From: a virus
Reading direction: 5' to 3' (one strand)
DNA: 64,000 nucleotides
IMG/VR virus record: IMGVR_UViG_3300020048_000058
The position numbers were made by a program, and so were the translations under genes. Of the stretch, positions 61,685 through 64,000 are shown piece by piece. The notes beneath the pieces were generated by a model. The model searched no databases. It was given only the letters and a program-made list of their open reading frames with translations, and was not told the origin of the DNA. Within the stretch, counting starts at the first letter, position 1; each line of letters begins with the position of its first letter.

Positions 61685-62413
61685 ATGGTTGATTATGGTG
61701 TTCTGTCTATGTTAGCATCTAATTGTCCATTTCGGAACGACTCGGAAGGAGTTCGGAATACTTTGAACAAACCTGATAATACAAGACTAGACCTTTTGAT
61801 CAAAGCTGTCGAAATTTTAGTCGAGAATCCATACTTGTCCAACGTAAAAGTTGCAAAGTTAGTGGGGTGTGATGAGGGCTCTATCCGGCGATGGAAGAAA
61901 CTGGATATATGGAAAGAAGAAGAGCAAAAAATATTAAAAATAAGAATGGAGGTAGCAGGAAATATATTATCAAATATCGTAAAAGGTAATCAGAGTGAGC
62001 AAAGAAACCAAAGTCATCAGAATACTCAAAGATATCAGAATACTCAAGGTGTTCGGGAGCAAGACGAGGATGTTAAAGATTTTGATCGGACTGATGTGTT
62101 TGAGACAAAGAGACGGATTCAGTATCAAGCCAACCTAGAGAAACAGCAAGATGATTTAAAGTTGTTCCTAGAGGCGATTAAGGCAACGGGAGTCCAATCG
62201 CTAAAGTTAGCAAATAAAACTTATACCGAGTTAGGGAAAATGGATAACCCTGTCAAGGCTTGCCAGCAGGGGACAAAGGCAGGGGTTCATTTTCACGTCC
62301 GTACGGGGATGGACGCAGTAAAGGAAGTTGACCGACTCATTGAACGAATCTATCAAATAGATCGGGTTCTTGAGTATATGGAACAACAAATTGGGACAGA
62401 TGATTATGATTAA
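61685..62413 (+). CDS. HTH DNA-binding protein (242 aa)
   Basis: VKVAKLVGCDEGSIRRWKK is an HTH motif. The remainder is coiled-coil-like. Confidence 0.4.
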   Translation: MVDYGVLSMLASNCPFRNDSEGVRNTLNKPDNTRLDLLIKAVEILVENPYLSNVKVAKLVGCDEGSIRRWKKLDIWKEEEQKILKIRMEVAGNILSNIVKGNQSEQRNQSHQNTQRYQNTQGVREQDEDVKDFDRTDVFETKRRIQYQANLEKQQDDLKLFLEAIKATGVQSLKLANKTYTELGKMDNPVKACQQGTKAGVHFHVRTGMDAVKEVDRLIERIYQIDRVLEYMEQQIGTDDYD

Positions 62414-62510
62414 CTTATATGGGACTATCGTGTAACAGGCGAATTTACGGGAATGATAATACAAGAAAACACCCTGTATTAATTGGGTGTTTTAATTGAT
62501 AAGATAACTC

Positions 62511-62900
62511 TTAACTATCGGCGTTAAAGCCATCTACAATCCCCATCAAATCAGGGATCAGGGATTGAATCTTTAAATACTTTCCCGATAAAGCCGACTC
62601 TATCGCCTCCAGCCGTGCCTCTATACCAGGATGGGCTTGTTGTGCCTCTAATTTGGCAATCCTATCCAATAGTTCGACATAGTTTGATTTGGGCTTTTCA
62701 ACCTTCCTCTCTAGTTTTACCTCGCCATTGGTCAGGGATTCTACCCCACTAATTAGGATATCCCGCAATGCCTTAGATTGGTCAAAGTCAGTATTACCCC
62801 GACCATTGGGATTCGTGGGGTAATGTTCCCGTCCGTAGGCTTCAATCGCAGTTAAAAGGTCATCGGGACATCGGAAATTGATTAATTTATTAGCAGCCAT
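62511..62900 (-). CDS. ribbon-helix-helix regulator (129 aa)
   Basis: KLINFRCPDDLLTAIEAYGREHY fits the RHH pattern. It is adjacent to the GTAA[A/G]AC operator cluster. Confidence 0.5.
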   Translation of the reverse strand: MAANKLINFRCPDDLLTAIEAYGREHYPTNPNGRGNTDFDQSKALRDILISGVESLTNGEVKLERKVEKPKSNYVELLDRIAKLEAQQAHPGIEARLEAIESALSGKYLKIQSLIPDLMGIVDGFNADS

Positions 62901-63028
62901 TATTTTTTCTGATTTACTTTATAGCTTGAGTATAACACAGTAAAACATAAAAGTAAGACATATAAGTAAGATTAATTGAATTTGTGTAAAACAGCATAAT
63001 CCCATAGAAAACTCTGATGTAAAACACC

Positions 63029-63057
63029 TTGACATTGTAAGACGGAACTGTTATATT
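63029..63057 (+). promoter_or_regulatory. promoter P1 (TTGACA-17-TATATT)
   Basis: Exact -35 consensus with 17-nt spacing. It lies within a roughly 68-bp block duplicated at 63156-63225. Confidence 0.55.
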
Positions 63058-63182
63058 GTTATACATAGGGGTAGAGAAACCTGAAACCTTTACAGAACAA
63101 GGTTTTTGATACACCTGTAAGACTGATAAGTAAAACATCGTGTTTTATGTCTTACCTATAGAAAAGTCTGATGTAAAACACC

Positions 63183-63211
63183 TTGACAAAGTAAAACAAA
63201 TTAGTTATACT
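63183..63211 (+). promoter_or_regulatory. promoter P2 (TTGACA-17-TATACT)
   Basis: Second copy of the duplicated block, about 50 bp upstream of the ATG at 63264. Confidence 0.55.
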
Positions 63212-63263
63212 GTTTTACATAGGGATAAGAAAAGCCCTAAAGCACTACACTAAGGAGACAACA

Positions 63264-64000
63264 ATGAATTACCGCGAACTTCAACAAACCCTAAAAACCC
63301 TACGCCTCGAAGGGTTGACCACAATAAAACTCAATCAGAAGGGAACGATCCTCCAGGCCGAATACGACCGGATTCAAGGGATTCAAGGGATTCAAGAGCA
63401 ACCCCAACGCCCTATAACAGGGGATTTGACTTTTGGAGTTGAGATTGAAATTCTTAACACGATTGACCGGCATGAGATTGCACGGGCTTTAGAGGCTGAA
63501 GGAATCAACGCTGCGAGCGAGTTTTACAATCACCGGACAACAACATGGTGGAAAGTCATAACCGACTCAAGCTGTGGTTTGGAGGTTGTAAGTCCTATCC
63601 TGTCAGGGGAGCAGGGATTAAACGAACTTAAAACAGTTTGTGAAGTCTTAACTCGGATTGGTTGTCAGGTTGATAAACAATGTGGGGTTCATGTTCACAT
63701 CGGAGCAAACGCTTTAGGGGTTAGCAAGGTTAAATCAGTTGTAAAACGCTGGTTATCCAACGAATCCAACCTCGACACGATTCAACCCCGTTCACGCCGG
63801 GGGACTAATAACGAATATTGCCTACCACTAGCCAACACCATCAGAACCCATCTTATTGATAACTGTTTCACGTTGGAGGATCTTGCAAATATCCAATCCA
63901 CTCGGTACAGCAAGCTAAATTTAAGGTCTTACCTTACCCACCGGACAATCGAGTTCAGACACCATGCAGGGTCAACCGACGCGACAAAAATCACAAATTG
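63264..64000 (+). CDS. amidoligase-family protein (Amidoligase_2-like), 3' end beyond the window
   Basis: AAGGAG then ATG. Motifs FGVEIEI, WKVITDSSCGLEVVSPIL, CGVHVHIG and TIEFRHHAGS match the putative amidoligase family. The N-terminus has a HeH/SAP-like motif. Confidence 0.65.
   Translation, partial: MNYRELQQTLKTLRLEGLTTIKLNQKGTILQAEYDRIQGIQGIQEQPQRPITGDLTFGVEIEILNTIDRHEIARALEAEGINAASEFYNHRTTTWWKVITDSSCGLEVVSPILSGEQGLNELKTVCEVLTRIGCQVDKQCGVHVHIGANALGVSKVKSVVKRWLSNESNLDTIQPRSRRGTNNEYCLPLANTIRTHLIDNCFTLEDLANIQSTRYSKLNLRSYLTHRTIEFRHHAGSTDATKITN

Noticed and set aside
62914-63138. Track ORF of 74 aa on the reverse strand.
   Set aside because: It lies in an AT-rich region packed with promoter boxes and heptamer operators, and its composition is odd (Tyr/Phe/Val-rich). 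It is judged non-coding.
1-64000. A search for cas1, cas2, cas4, cas6 or other cas genes, and for an integrase or excisionase.
   Set aside because: I recognised none in any of the listed ORFs. The CRISPR locus therefore appears to lack an adaptation module, and lysogeny cannot be demonstrated from this window.

Overview
The window is wall-to-wall phage-type DNA in at least 20 strand-switching gene blocks, with no host housekeeping genes. It is most likely a cyanophage, or a prophage of a HIP1-rich cyanobacterium. The evidence for that is about 28 copies of the cyanobacterial HIP1 octamer GCGATCGC, an NblA-like phycobilisome-degradation gene and a flavin-dependent thymidylate synthase (thyX) plus thymidylate kinase (tmk). 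Modules recognised by motif:
- Virion and packaging (1-16.7 kb): portal, large terminase, a tail fibre with 4 x 51-bp repeats, and large structural ORFs.
- Nucleotide metabolism and DNA modification: tmk, thyX, a PP-loop enzyme and five orphan DNA methyltransferases.
- Leftward replication operon (28.2-34.0 kb): DnaB, a putative loader, and an initiator with embedded iterons.
- Membrane, FtsK-like ATPase and peptidoglycan-hydrolase block (41-46 kb).
- Several small ribbon-helix-helix (RHH) or helix-turn-helix (HTH) regulators with operator clusters.

The standout is at 25.5-28.2 kb. A 557-aa TnpB-like RuvC nuclease (Cas12-type, with the D-E-D catalytic residues and a zinc ribbon intact) ends 19 bp from an 11-repeat, 10-spacer CRISPR array. 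There is no cas1, cas2 or cas4, and no IS200/IS605 TnpA, anywhere in the window. Just upstream of the nuclease gene I find a candidate divergently transcribed tracrRNA. It has a near-consensus promoter, an intrinsic terminator and a 19-bp anti-repeat. A second, inverted degenerate repeat abuts the nuclease start codon.

All functional calls come from reading motifs by eye. No database search was possible. I found no major capsid protein, integrase or tape-measure protein. Many ORFs remain hypothetical and several start codons are uncertain.
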